Part shown: positions 1-11,154 of the stretch, one piece after another
How the letters are laid out: each line of letters opens with the position of its first letter
Position numbering within the stretch: position 1 is the first letter of the stretch
Assembly (NCBI GenBank): GCA_027925325.1
Contig: AP027133.1
Coordinates: 574,195-606,194, forward strand
DNA from: Candidatus Saccharimonadota bacterium
Lineage (GTDB): Bacteria > Bacillota_I > Bacilli_A > Mycoplasmatales > Hepatoplasmataceae
Length of the DNA: 32,000 bases
Direction: 5' to 3'
Position numbers and translations under genes: made by a program
The notes under the pieces: generated by a model
Told to the model about the DNA's origin: nothing
Database searches by the model: none
Seen by the model: the letters and a program-made list of their open reading frames with translations, nothing else

Positions 1-311
1 ACTTTAGGATAATCAATTTTATCAACTTGAGCTCGAAGCGCTTGTACTGCTGAACCCTTTGATTTATTTAAAATTTTTGTTTGTAATTGTGTTGAATCGG
101 CAACAATAGGCATCAATCCGCCCAATGCATAAAGTTCTTTTACAACAATTCCCTTTGCTGATCCTCCAATTGAAACATTACAAAAAAGATATGAAATATC
201 ACTTTTTTTAAAAGTAACAAGAGCTGTCTTAATTTTTTGATTATTTAAAACATTGGCCGCTTCCACTCCAGCATGACCGGCTCCAATAATTATTACATCG
301 TATTTTTTCAT
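1..311 (-). CDS. mnmG: tRNA uridine 5-carboxymethylaminomethyl modification enzyme MnmG (GidA). Only the N-terminal part is in the window; the gene runs off the left edge.
   Basis: Minus-strand translation from the ATG at 311..309 gives MKKYDVIIIGAGHAGVEAANVL...CNVSIGGSAKGIVVKELYALGG...ILNKSKGSAVQALRAQVDK. This contains the FAD GxGxxG fold and characteristic GidA N-terminal motifs. The track shows no ORF here because the gene is truncated by the window. Confidence 0.85.
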   Translation of the reverse strand, partial: MKKYDVIIIGAGHAGVEAANVLNNQKIKTALVTFKKSDISYLFCNVSIGGSAKGIVVKELYALGGLMPIVADSTQLQTKILNKSKGSAVQALRAQVDKIDYPK

Positions 312-340
312 AAATTAATTTTATCAATAATTAGAGTAAA

Positions 341-1390
341 TTAAATTTCTCGTGTATATTTATCTGCTAAATTACTATTACTTTCGATATATTCAACTTT
401 TATTTGCAAATGATTATTATTAATTAATTTAAATGATTGATCCATATAATCTTTTGCTTTTGTTTTACTATTCACTTTCCCTTTTTTGATTCAAGAAATT
501 ATTGTTTTGTTATCTTCATATACCAAACAATTATCTATTTCATTTTTTATTAAATATTTAACAAATTGTAAAAATGCAAAAGCCTCTATTTCATTTGCCC
601 ATTCACATTCAGAATTTTCTTTTTTACTTAATAATTGGCCTTTTTGATCAGCAATTATTGCAAGTCCTATTTTATTTTTATTTGAAGAAATGGCTCCATC
701 AATATAAAAAATATTATTATTTGAATTATTGTTGTTGTTTTTATTTAAATTTTTAATATATTTTGCAAAATCTAAATAAAAAATAACAGTTGAAATTTGA
801 CTTAAAAAAGATAATAAATCTTTTTCTTTTGCAATCTTTTTGATTTTATTATTAAAATGAATATAAAAATTATCGAGAAGTCCTTCATTAAAAATTTGTT
901 TTAAATTATCTTTTTCCCCTTTAATAAAAAAATATAATTTTTTTAAATTATCTTTTTGATAATTAATATCGGTTGAATTTAAAATATCTTTTATTAAATT
1001 ATCTGCACTTTCATTAGTAACAGATAAAGATTTTTTTTCATTTAAAATTGAACTTATGATTTTAATAATTTCATTTCTATTTTGCAATAATTTTTGATTA
1101 TTGTTAAATTTTGAATTTTTATCTAAATGAATTTTAATTCTTTTTAAAAAAGAAATTTTTCCATCATAATCTAATTCATCAAAAATTTTTCTCATTTTTT
1201 TTCAATTTGATAAATCTTTAAAAACTTCAAAAATTTGATTATCCTTTAAGTTTGTCTTTTTTACAAAATCACTAATAAAATTAGAAAATTCTTTATAATC
1301 TTCACTTATTAATGTAACTTTCCCGTTTTTAGGATTTCAAAGTAATTCAAGTATCTTATCAATCGCGATTTTTAATTCATATTCTTCCAT
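341..1390 (-). CDS. Hypothetical protein (349 aa) with a C-terminal RNase H (type 1) fold domain and an unassigned N-terminal region of ~200 aa.
   Basis: Track ORF 491..1195 extends in the same frame through TGA codons at 491, 1202 and 1337, up to the ATG at 1390 (a TAA lies just upstream) and down to the TAA at 341. All codons were checked. The C-terminus carries a DEDD-like pattern: FYIDGA, ANEIEAFA, LVYEDNKTI, SNLADKY. Confidence 0.6.
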
Positions 1391-1402
1391 TTAAACTCAA
1401 TT

Positions 1403-2179
1403 TTATTTTCCTCTCAATACTAGTCAATCAGCAATTTCAGCATAGATATTTTCTTTTGTTTCTTGATATTTATATCGCGCTCATTTTGCTCAAAAATAAG
1501 CCGTAAAGATTCTTGCTATTACAAACTTGTAATAATCAAAATCTAAAGAAAGATTAATATAAGTTTGTAAAAAAACATCCTCTTGTTTTTTTGTTAATTT
1601 TCTTTTTACAATAAAACTCGCAAGATCTAAATATTTGCTATTAATTCCACCATATTCATAATCAATAATTTTAATATTATCATTATTTAAAATTAAAATA
1701 TTACCATCTACAATATCATTATTTGCATAAACAAGATCCTTGTTTAAAAATTTTAACACTTCTTCTAAGATAATACTTTCATTTGGATAATTAAAAATTT
1801 CTTTTTGTGTATTTAAAAAATTTCAAGTTTTTAAAAAATTAGGTTCTCTTAATTTTGTATTATTTTTAATTTTAATATTATGAAGTCGATAAATTTCTTT
1901 TGCACAATTAATCAAAATTTGATCTTTTACCTCTTCTGTTTTAAACGCTTTATGTTTAATTATTTTTGTACAAAAATAATTATTTTCAATCTCTAAATAA
2001 TCAAAAACTTTTAATTCTTTCAAAATTAAAATTTCTTGATTTCCATAAACATCAGTAAATTTGTTTTTAACAAAAAACTTACAAATAATATCATTTTTAT
2101 AATAAACATTATTTGATAATCCAATTTTATCTTTTGCTCAATTAGGATCAATTTTAATTATTTTTTCGTTTTTTTTCAT
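1403..2179 (-). CDS. Choline/ethanolamine kinase-like phosphotransferase (APH/ChoK fold, LicA-like).
   Basis: Track ORFs 1490..1759 and 1823..2023 share a frame and join via TGA codons, ending at the TAA at 1403. Kinase motifs are NNDIVDGNILILNN (catalytic loop) and IIDYEYGGINSKYLDLASF. The start is assigned to the ATG at 2179, which overlaps the pyrG 3' end by 26 nt. The start is less certain than the body. Confidence 0.65.
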
Positions 2180-3761
2180 ACTGATAAGCGGCATTAATAA
2201 AAGATTCAAAAAGTGGATCTAATTTATATAAGGTCGTATTGAATTCAGGATGAAATTGAACACCAATATAAAAATCATTATTTTTATATTCGACAATTTC
2301 CACTAAATTATTTTCCGGATTAATTCCTGAAAATAATAATCCTTTTTGTTCTAATTCCTTTTTATATTTATTATTAAACTCATAACGATGGCGATGTCTT
2401 TCCTTTATCATACTTTTCTTATATATTCTTTTTGCAAGCGTATTATCAATTAATTTACAATTATATTCACCCAAACGCATTGTTCCACCTAATTTTTTTA
2501 AATCTTGATCTTTAAGTAAATGAATAATAAAATTATTTTTATTTGGATTTAATTCTTCATGATAAACATTTAATTTAGCGATATTTTTGGCAAATTCTAA
2601 AATTAATAATTGCATCCCAAAACATATTCCAAGTAATGGAATATTATTTTCTCTTGCATATTTAATTGCACTAATTTTTCCTGAAGTTCCTTCAATTCCA
2701 AATCCTCCAGCGATAATTATTCCTGAAAAATTTTTTAAATCATTTACATTTAAAGATTTTGCATCAAATAATTCTATTTTTAAAGAAATTTTTTGATAAA
2801 TGGAAATAATTCTTAATGATTCAATAATTGAAAGATAAGAATCTTTTAAATTATGATATTTACCAACTATTACAATTTTAATTTCGCCAATTTTTTGATC
2901 TTTAATTAATTTATCAATCAATTGATAATTTTTAATTGGTGAATATTTTAAATTTAAATTTAAAATATCTGCAATTTTTTGATCAATTTTTTCATCTACT
3001 AATTTTTGAGGAATTTGATAAACACTATCAACGTTTTCAAGTTCAAAAATATAATCTTTGTGAACACTACAATTAGCTGAAATTTTATCAATGATTGTAG
3101 AAGAGATTTTTTCTTCACTTCGTGTTACGAGAAAATTAGGAAAAACACCAAGACTATGCAATTGTTTCACACTATGCTGAAAAGGTTTACTTTTATATTC
3201 TTTATTTATTTTAAGAAAGGGAATAAAACCAATATGAATATTTATGACATTTTCTCTTTGAAACTGCAATTGTCTAATCGTTTCAAAGTAAGGAATAGAT
3301 TCAATATCACCAACCGTACCACCAATTTCAACAACTAAAAGATCATATCCATTTAAATTTTTTAATACAAGTTCAATAATTTTGTCGATAACATTAGGAA
3401 TAATTTGAACTGTTTTACCCAAATATTTTCCCTTTCGTTCATCTTCTATTAAATTACTATAAATTTTTCCTGAACTAATTGAAGAATTTTTTGTAAGATT
3501 TTGATTAATAAATCTTTCATAATGACCAATATCTAAATCTGTTTCTCCGCCATCTCTAGTAACAAAAACCTCTCCATGTTCAATTGGTGAAATTGTCCCT
3601 GGATCAACATTTAAATAAGGATCAAATTTCATCATATTTACTTTTAATTTTCTTTCTTTAAAGATAGAAGCAAGCGAAGCAGAAAAAATACCTTTTCCTA
3701 ATGATGATAATACTCCACCTGTTATAAAAATTATCTTCCCATTTATTTTTCTATAATTCAT
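2154..3761 (-). CDS. pyrG: CTP synthase.
   Basis: Intact 535-aa ORF. It has the N-terminal synthetase domain (FITGGVLSSLGKGI) and the C-terminal glutamine amidotransferase domain (LGICFGMQ, HRHRYEFN, QFHPEF). Confidence 0.95.
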   Translation of the reverse strand: MNYRKINGKIIFITGGVLSSLGKGIFSASLASIFKERKLKVNMMKFDPYLNVDPGTISPIEHGEVFVTRDGGETDLDIGHYERFINQNLTKNSSISSGKIYSNLIEDERKGKYLGKTVQIIPNVIDKIIELVLKNLNGYDLLVVEIGGTVGDIESIPYFETIRQLQFQRENVINIHIGFIPFLKINKEYKSKPFQHSVKQLHSLGVFPNFLVTRSEEKISSTIIDKISANCSVHKDYIFELENVDSVYQIPQKLVDEKIDQKIADILNLNLKYSPIKNYQLIDKLIKDQKIGEIKIVIVGKYHNLKDSYLSIIESLRIISIYQKISLKIELFDAKSLNVNDLKNFSGIIIAGGFGIEGTSGKISAIKYARENNIPLLGICFGMQLLILEFAKNIAKLNVYHEELNPNKNNFIIHLLKDQDLKKLGGTMRLGEYNCKLIDNTLAKRIYKKSMIKERHRHRYEFNNKYKKELEQKGLLFSGINPENNLVEIVEYKNNDFYIGVQFHPEFNTTLYKLDPLFESFINAAYQYEKKRKNN

Positions 3762-3844
3762 AATATTAAAATTATAAATAAAATAGTAATTTTATTTAAT
3801 TGTAATTTTTATATACTTTATTAAAATATATTATTTAATTGTTT

Positions 3845-5323
3845 ATGAAAAAAATATTTATTACAACCCCTATTTACTATCCTAATGATAAATTGCATAT
3901 CGGTCATGCTTATACTACAATATTAGCTGATATTTATAAGAGATATAAAAAAATGCAAGGATATGAAGTTTTTTTTCTTACAGGTTCAGATGAACATGGG
4001 CAAAAAATAACAGAAAAAGCAAGACAAGAAAAGCAAAACGAAAAAGAATATGTAGATAAAATTATTGAAAATTTTAAATTATTATGAGCAAAATTAAATA
4101 TAAATTACGACTACTTCATAAGAACAACTGATAAATATCATGAACAATTTGTACAAGAAACTTTCCAAGAATTATTAACAAAATCTTACATATATAAGGG
4201 CAAATATAAAGGATTATATTGCAAATATGATGAAACATTTTTTACAGAGAAACAAGCTCTTGTTGGAAATATCTGTCCAGAATGTAAAAGAAAGTTAGTG
4301 TCCTTAGAAGAAGAAAGTTATTTTTTAAAAGTAACTTTATTTAAAAATTGAATAAAAGAAAAATTACAAAAAACCGATTTATTAACTCCAAATCATCTTA
4401 AAAAAGAATTAATAAATAATTTTTTAGATAAATCATTTTCTGATTTATCAATTACAAGAAAATCAATAAGATGAGGAATAAGTCTCTTAAATGATAAAAA
4501 TTATGTCATTTATGTCTGATTTGATGCACTATTAAATTATCTATCTGTTTTTAAAAATAAAGAAAGTAAATATAAAGTAACTGATATTTGAAAAAAAGAT
4601 TCGAATTGAGAAATTTTACAGATAATCGGAAAAGAAATTACAAGATTCCACGCATTATATTGACCGATTATTTTAAAAATGAAAAATTATCGTACTCCTA
4701 AAATTTTCGCTCACGGTTGAATAGTAACAGATCAAGGTGAGAAAATGTCGAAATCAAAAAATAATGCTATTGATCCATTATTTTTAATTGATAAATATGG
4801 AAGTGATGCAATTAGATTTTATTTGGTGAAAAATATTGCTCTAGGAGAAGATGGAAGATTTTCTGAAAATTTATTAATAAAAACAATCAATGGAATATTA
4901 GTAAATAAATATTCAAATTTAATCGCTCGAACAGATAAAATGTTAAATAAATATTTTGCAGGATTTATACCACAAGAAATAATTTATAGTGATTATGAGA
5001 TAAATTTGTCAAAAGAGATTAACAATTTCAAAAATAATTATTATAAGTTTATGGATCAATTTAAACTTAATCAAGCAATTGATGAAATTATTAAATATAT
5101 TGAAACTTTAAATAAATACATCGAAAATAAAGAACCTTGAAAAGAAAAAGATCAAAAATACTTAAAGGTAATCTTAAATTTTTTAACAAAAAATATTTTC
5201 GATCTTTCTTATCTATTTTCTCCTTTTATTCCAAATTCATTTCAAATTATAAATGAGTGATTAAATCAAGGAGATTTTACAAAAAAAATTAATAAAATAA
5301 ATTTTTTATTTACAAAAATATAA
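3845..5323 (+). CDS. metG: Methionine--tRNA ligase.
   Basis: Track fragments 3839..4087 and 4745..5140 are in one frame and are joined by several TGA=Trp codons. Motifs: HIGH (LHIGHAYT), KMSKS (EKMSKSKNN) and the CPECKRK zinc knuckle. I prefer the ATG at 3845 over the TTG at 3839. The gene ends at the TAA at 5321-5323. Confidence 0.93.
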
Positions 5324-6235
5324 TTATTTATATAATTCTGTATCAATTAATTTAACTTCCGTAAAATCAATCTTATTTAAATTGGCTTTATCAAAATTTA
5401 CCGCTTTTAATTCGGCTCCTTTTAAATTAGCTTTTGCAAGATTTGCTCTACTTAAATTTACATTAAGTAATTTAGCATTACTAAAATCAACATGAGATAA
5501 ATTTGCATAAGATAAATCTACATTTTCAAGAATTGCATTTTTTCAAGTTGATAAATTTAAATTAGATTTACTTAAATCTGTCTTTTTTAAAGTTGTTCCA
5601 TTAAAATTAGCATAACTGAAATTTGTTTTATTAAAATTACAATTTATAAATTTAGCATTAATAAAACTTCCTTTTTTAAGAGACATATTTTTAAAATTTG
5701 TTTTATTAAAATTTGCTCCATCAAAAATCGGAGCAATAAAATTTAAATAGCTAAATTTTGCATCCAAAAGATTTGTATTACTAAAATTAACTTTTCTTAA
5801 TTTTTCGCCAATAAAATTTATTAAAAATTTTTTATTATTAATTGAAAAATTACTTAGATTAGCATTTGTAAGATCACTTTTTGCAAATCTAATTTTTCTG
5901 AAATTAGCATCAGTAAGATTTACATCATTAAAGTTAGCATCAGTAAAATTAACTTTTAAAAAATTTGCTTTAGTAAGAGTTGCATTTTTAAAATTTGCTT
6001 CTGATAAATTACATTTTATGAAATTAGATTCCTTTAAATTTGTCTCTATAAAATTTGCCATCTTTAAATTAGATTTTTTAAATAATGAAAAACTTAAATT
6101 TGCTTTACTAAAATTAATTTTATTTAAATTTGATTTTGCAAAAAGAGAATTATTTAAATTTTTGGTTGAAAAATTAATTCCTGTTAAATTTTTATTTTTA
6201 ATTTCTGTAATTTCTTTTTTATTATTATTTTCCAT
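5324..6235 (-). CDS. Pentapeptide-repeat protein (303 aa), almost entirely A(D/N)LxX-type repeats.
   Basis: Track ORF 5543..6235 continues through the TGA at 5543 to the TAA at 5324; all codons were checked. Repeats of the type ANLSFSLFKKSNLKMANFIETNLKESNF and ANFTDANFNDVNLTDANF run along the whole length, and there are no TM segments. The start lies 11 nt downstream of the helicase-nuclease stop on the same strand. Confidence 0.85.
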
Positions 6236-6246
6236 AAAATTCCTTT

Positions 6247-9200
6247 CTATAAATTAATAGTATTTTTAATAATTTTTTCAATATTATTTAATTCCATTTT
6301 TTGATTATTAAATCAATTTGAAATTCAAATACGATAAAAATTATAACCTCTTTCTTTTAAAAAGTCTTGCTTTGAAATATCTCTCTCTCTTACAGATTTA
6401 TAAGAATTTTTAATCGCCTGATCAGATTCTATCAAAAGAATTATTTTATGATTTTCATCATAAAATAAAAAATCTGCTTTATATCCATAAGTTTTATCTC
6501 TATTTATTACATATAAATTATATCTTTTTGCTATCTTTATAAGTTCTTGATATAAATCTTTTTCAAATTTAGAATTAAAATTTTTAATACTAAATTGATT
6601 TTGATTGATTATTTTTTTATTATTATATGACTTAATACAATGTTTTAAAAATCTATAAAGAATATAAATTCCACTTTCTAAATTATCTTTATGTGCTTGA
6701 TTACGAATAAAAAAATTCTCAAAATCATTTTGTCTAATTGACGTAATTACATACATTTTTAATTTTGCTCTTGTAACCGCAACATTAATTCTATTTACTC
6801 CGCCAAATTTATTAATTGGACCAAAATTAAAAGATATTTTTCCTTCTTCATTTCTTCCATACAAAGTTGAAAAAATAATTATATCCCTTTCGTCCCCCTG
6901 AACATTTTCAATATTTTTAACAAAAAGATTGACATCATCACTATTAATTCAATTAGAAAAATTAAAATCATTATAACTTATACTTGCTAATTTCTCTGAA
7001 AGATATTTTTCTTGTTTTGAGTTCATTGTAATAATTCCAATAGATTTTTTATTTAAATTTAAATTATTTTTAATTTGATATAAAATTTCTATAATTTTAT
7101 CGATCTCGTTATGATTAAGTCCATTTTTATAAATTGAATCTTTTAATTCAAAATATTCTATCGGTTGAAAATTTTTATTTTTTCCATTTTTACTAATAAA
7201 TATAAGATTATCATTATAAAAAATATTATTTGAATATTCAATTAATTCCTTAAAATCAGAACGATAATGATATTTAAGCATAATATGTGGAAATTTAGTT
7301 TTTGCATAATTTAACAATGACAATTTATCATCAATTAAATTTTTCTCCTCAAATTTTTCAAATTCTTGATCAATATTTCTTGATACAAAAAAATTGGTTG
7401 GAGCTAATTGCTTTTCATCTCCTAAAATTACAACTTTTTTAGATCTTTCAATCGCAGGTAAACTTCTTTCAATAAACATCTGTGAAGCTTCATCAAAAAT
7501 AACAAGATCAAACTTATCCTTAAGATCAAAAATACTTGAAATTGTCTCAGGATTTAATAATCAAATTTTATATAAATTCTTAAAGGTATCTTTTTCAGTT
7601 TTTAAAAACATTTTGATACCTCATTTTTTTTTCGGATCAAAAACTATTCTTTTAAATTGGGGCGATGAATTTTCAAAATTTATTAAAAATTGCTTTGCTA
7701 AATAATACTTTGTTATTTCCGAGAATTTTTTAATTTTTGTTTGTCTTAAATTTATAAATTTATCATAATTATTTTTTCAATCAAATATTTGATCTCTTAA
7801 TTTAAATATATATTTATATTTATTAAGTCTTTCTCGAAAAATTTTAAATTCTATTATTTGCAAAAGTTTATCAAATTTTATTTTCTGACTTTTTATATAG
7901 TTAATAAAATCTTTTAGAAATGAAAATTCTTCTTCAGAAAAATTTTTTATTATTTGAAATTTGTTAAATTTCAAAGTTACATTTTGCTCTTCTTTTTTAT
8001 ATTTTGTAATTAATTTTTCCTGATTTTTTAAATTATCAAAAAAAATCTTATTATATAAATCTTCTATTTTAGTTTTAGTTTGATGATAATTTTTTAAATT
8101 TAAAAGACAATTTTGCAAAAATGTAATCATTTCTGTCATATCTTGATTTACTTGTAAATCTCTTTTTAAACCGGCGAATTTTCGATCATATTTTCTTTTG
8201 CTATTTAAAAATTTTTTCTTTAAAAGGAAAAAATTGTTTTTTAAATTTAAATATTTTTCTTCAATATTTTCCTTTTTCAAATAATTTGAAAATATATTAA
8301 AAACAAAATTATTTTTAATTACCAAATTAATATAATCAACTAAAAATGGTGTAAAAACTGAAAGATATATTAAATCATCACAAATCTTAAATAATTGTTC
8401 AAATCGATCAATTGGATAATCAATTAGAAATGAGCTTAAACGATCATTTCTAAGATATTCATAAATATCTTTATATTTTTTTTCATTTCAATTTTGTAAT
8501 AAATCTTTTCATAATAAAGATATCGTCTTTTTTTCTTTTTTTAATTCTTCTTTTTTTCCATTAATCAAAAAATTAAAATAATCAGAAATATCACCATCGT
8601 TTTTTTTAATAAAATCCAAACCATAAATATTAGCTATTTCATCTCTTAATTTGATCATTTGTTCAATTTTCGATAATAAATTATTTTCAAATAATTCTTT
8701 TATTTTATTTAAAAAAATAGAAAAATTATTATTTTTATTTCCTTCATTTAAAATAAAAGAGTTGATTTTTTCATCATAAATACTCTCTTTTAAAAATTCA
8801 TTAAAATTTTTAAATTTAAAATAAAACTCCTCAATTAATTCATATATTTTTTTATTTTCAAAAAATTCAATATCTTTATAAAAATCAATTGAATCCATAT
8901 TTTTTAAATACTCTACAATTTGATCTGATAAATTGTCAATCTTATTAATTTCTTCTTGAAATTTTTTATCATTAATAAATTCAAATTTTTCTGTTTCTAA
9001 TATTTTTTTTGCCGCTTCATAAGATTGATTTATCTGTTGATAAAAATCACCTTTATTATTCATATCTGTAAGATAAAACGCAAATTTATTTAAATTATTC
9101 AATCTTTGATAAATAACATCAAGCGCAGCTCTTTTTTCTGAAACTAAAGCAATTTTTTTATTTTTTAAAATAGCATCATAGATGATTGATAAAATTGTTT

Positions 9201-10311
9201 GTGATTTTCCTGTTCCAGGAGGTCCTCAAATAACTAAATTATTAGTCTTATTTTCATTTATTTTTTTTAAAGCAAAAAACTGTTGATTATTTAAATTATC
9301 AATATAAAATAATCCTTTTTCATCAAGATTATATGCATTTTTTTCAATATGATTATCAAACAAAAATTGAGAATTTTTTTGTGAATTTTTTTTATTTACT
9401 AAACTATATCTTTCTAGTTGTTTTGTAAAATATCCTTTTTCTAAAATTAAATTTAGATCTCTTTTTACAGCATTATCATACTTATCAAAAAAACCGATTG
9501 TAAAACTTTTTTCTATCTTAAAAAGAAAATTAAATTTTTCAATGTTACTATAATCTTTAAATTGATCTAAATTATCAGAATAAGATTCAAGATAGGTAAT
9601 AATTTCTTTTTTATTTCTTTTAAAATTAACAAATAAATTTTTAATATTTGATAAAAATGATTTTTCATAATCAAAATAATAATCTTTATTTTTTAAAAAA
9701 TTTTCAATTATAAAATTGTTAACTATAACATCTCTTGTATTATCATAATACATTCTTACTTTATGTAAATTATTATCAAATATTAAAATTATCGGAACAA
9801 AAAAAATTGGTGATCTAATAGGAATTGTCTTATTTATATTTGTAAAATTTGTAAGAAAATAATAAGGGACAAAATAAAAGGTTTGATAACCGATTTCATT
9901 TTTAATTTTTTGATTTTCTTTTTCAATATTATTAAAAATTAAAAAATTTTTTTCTTGATCTGTTTTTTTACTAGAAATTTTTTTTCTAATTTTTCTACAA
10001 TATATTTTTTCTTTATTTTTTATATAAAATAAATTAAAATTTTTAATAAAATTTTCCTTATTTTCAATAATATTCAATTTTAAATCAACTTTTAAATTCT
10101 TAATATCTTTTTTTAAAAAGCTATTTAATTTTAATAATGATTCTTCTTGTAAATTGGAAATTGAAAAATTATAATTAGTACTTTTCGATGTTCAAATATT
10201 GCGATTTCTCTTATTTAAATTTGTTAGCTTTTTTTGAAAATTTTCTAATTCCTGTTTAAATTTTTCTGATATCTTTATTTTTTGCAAATTATTTTCTTCT
10301 TTATGCTTCAT
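6247..10311 (-). CDS. Large (1354 aa) DUF4011-like / Upf1-like SF1 helicase / Vsr-DUF559-like endonuclease fusion (Hhe-like architecture).
   Basis: Five track ORFs (6325.., 6949.., 7777.., 8509.., 9226..) all share one frame and are separated only by TGA. The ends were checked codon by codon: ATG at 10311 preceded by AGGAG and an upstream TAA, and TAG at 6247. Motifs: Walker A VIWGPPGTGKSQT, motif II VIFDEASQM, motif III ILGDEKQLAPT, VQGDERDIIIFS, RINVAVTRAK. The C-terminal nuclease-like block is YKADFLFYDENHKIILLIESDQ...RERDISKQDFLKERGYNFYRIW. Confidence 0.8.
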
Positions 10312-10425
10312 TTCTTATCTCCTAAATTTTCAAAAAAATGAATAAGTAAAATTATTATATATTTTTATAAAAATATAAAATTAAGATATTTTTTAAATAT
10401 TTAATTAAAATATAATTAATTTAGA

Positions 10426-11154
10426 ATGACTAATGAAGAATTAATTTTTATTAAAAACAATAATTATGATTATTATTTAAGAATAATAACAAAAATAGAA
10501 GATGAGTATCAAAAAAGTAAAAAAATAAAACTAGCAAATATTTTTTCTGCTTTTTTTTATTATCTTGGTTATTTAATTTTGATTACTTTATTTCAAAACG
10601 CCGCTGCTTTAAGTTTTGCAAAAAAAGGACAATTTAGAAAAGCTGCTTTATATGCATTGCTTGGTTTAAATATTTTTTTCTTTTTATATTTAGGAGAAAG
10701 TAAAAAATGAAAAAAACATTATAATCAAAAAATTAAAAAAATAAATTTAACTCAAGAAATTCAAGAAAAAATTAAAAATCAAGAATTTTTAAAAGGCTTA
10801 ACAGAAGATAAATTAGAATTAATTAAAAAAGAAAAATTATTTAATACAAATCCTCCTAAAGATAAAATCAAATTAGGCTTAGTTTATGGCTCAAGTGTAA
10901 GAGCTAAAAATTTATTTAAAGATATTGGGGCAAATATTGTAAATGTAAGTGGAGGAAAAATGCAAAGTTATTTTTATCTTTTAAATGATGCAAGAGAAGA
11001 TGCGATCGAACAGATGATTAAAAATGCAATATTAACCTACGGTGAATTAGATAATAAAGAAATTCATAATATAAGATTATCAACATCACAAATTGCAAAT
11101 GGTGCAAGTGAAATTTTAGTATATGGAACGGTTGTTAAAAATAAAAATTCTTAA
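10426..11154 (+). CDS. Membrane-anchored YbjQ/UPF0145-domain protein (242 aa): two predicted N-terminal TM helices, a K/E-rich linker and a C-terminal YbjQ domain.
   Basis: Track ORFs 10426..10710 and 10960..11154 are in one frame and join through the TGA at 10708. The C-terminus LGLVYGSSVRAKNLFKDIGANIVNVSGGKMQSYFYLLNDAREDAIEQMIKNA...ILVYGTVVK aligns well by eye to E. coli YbjQ ([43 protein letters not shown]...VSGTAVK). Hydrophobic segments: IFSAFFYYLGYLILITLF and ALYALLGLNIFFFLYL. Confidence 0.72.

Noticed and set aside
3762-3844. A possible T-box or riboswitch leader upstream of metG, and similarly for serS at 22680.
   Set aside because: The metG leader is only about 83 nt of AT-rich sequence shared with the divergent pyrG promoter. 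serS starts 2 nt after the gyrA stop. Neither leaves room for a T-box element.
5324-6235. A strong ~15-nt periodic repeat pattern that could suggest a CRISPR array or a non-coding tandem repeat.
   Set aside because: The periodicity matches the 5-codon pentapeptide repeat within one continuous ORF. The units are degenerate and there is no repeat-spacer structure.
10312-10425. An imperfect AT-rich palindrome in the divergent intergenic region, as a possible operator.
   Set aside because: Near-palindromes made only of A and T are expected by chance at this base composition. The evidence is too weak to call a regulatory site.
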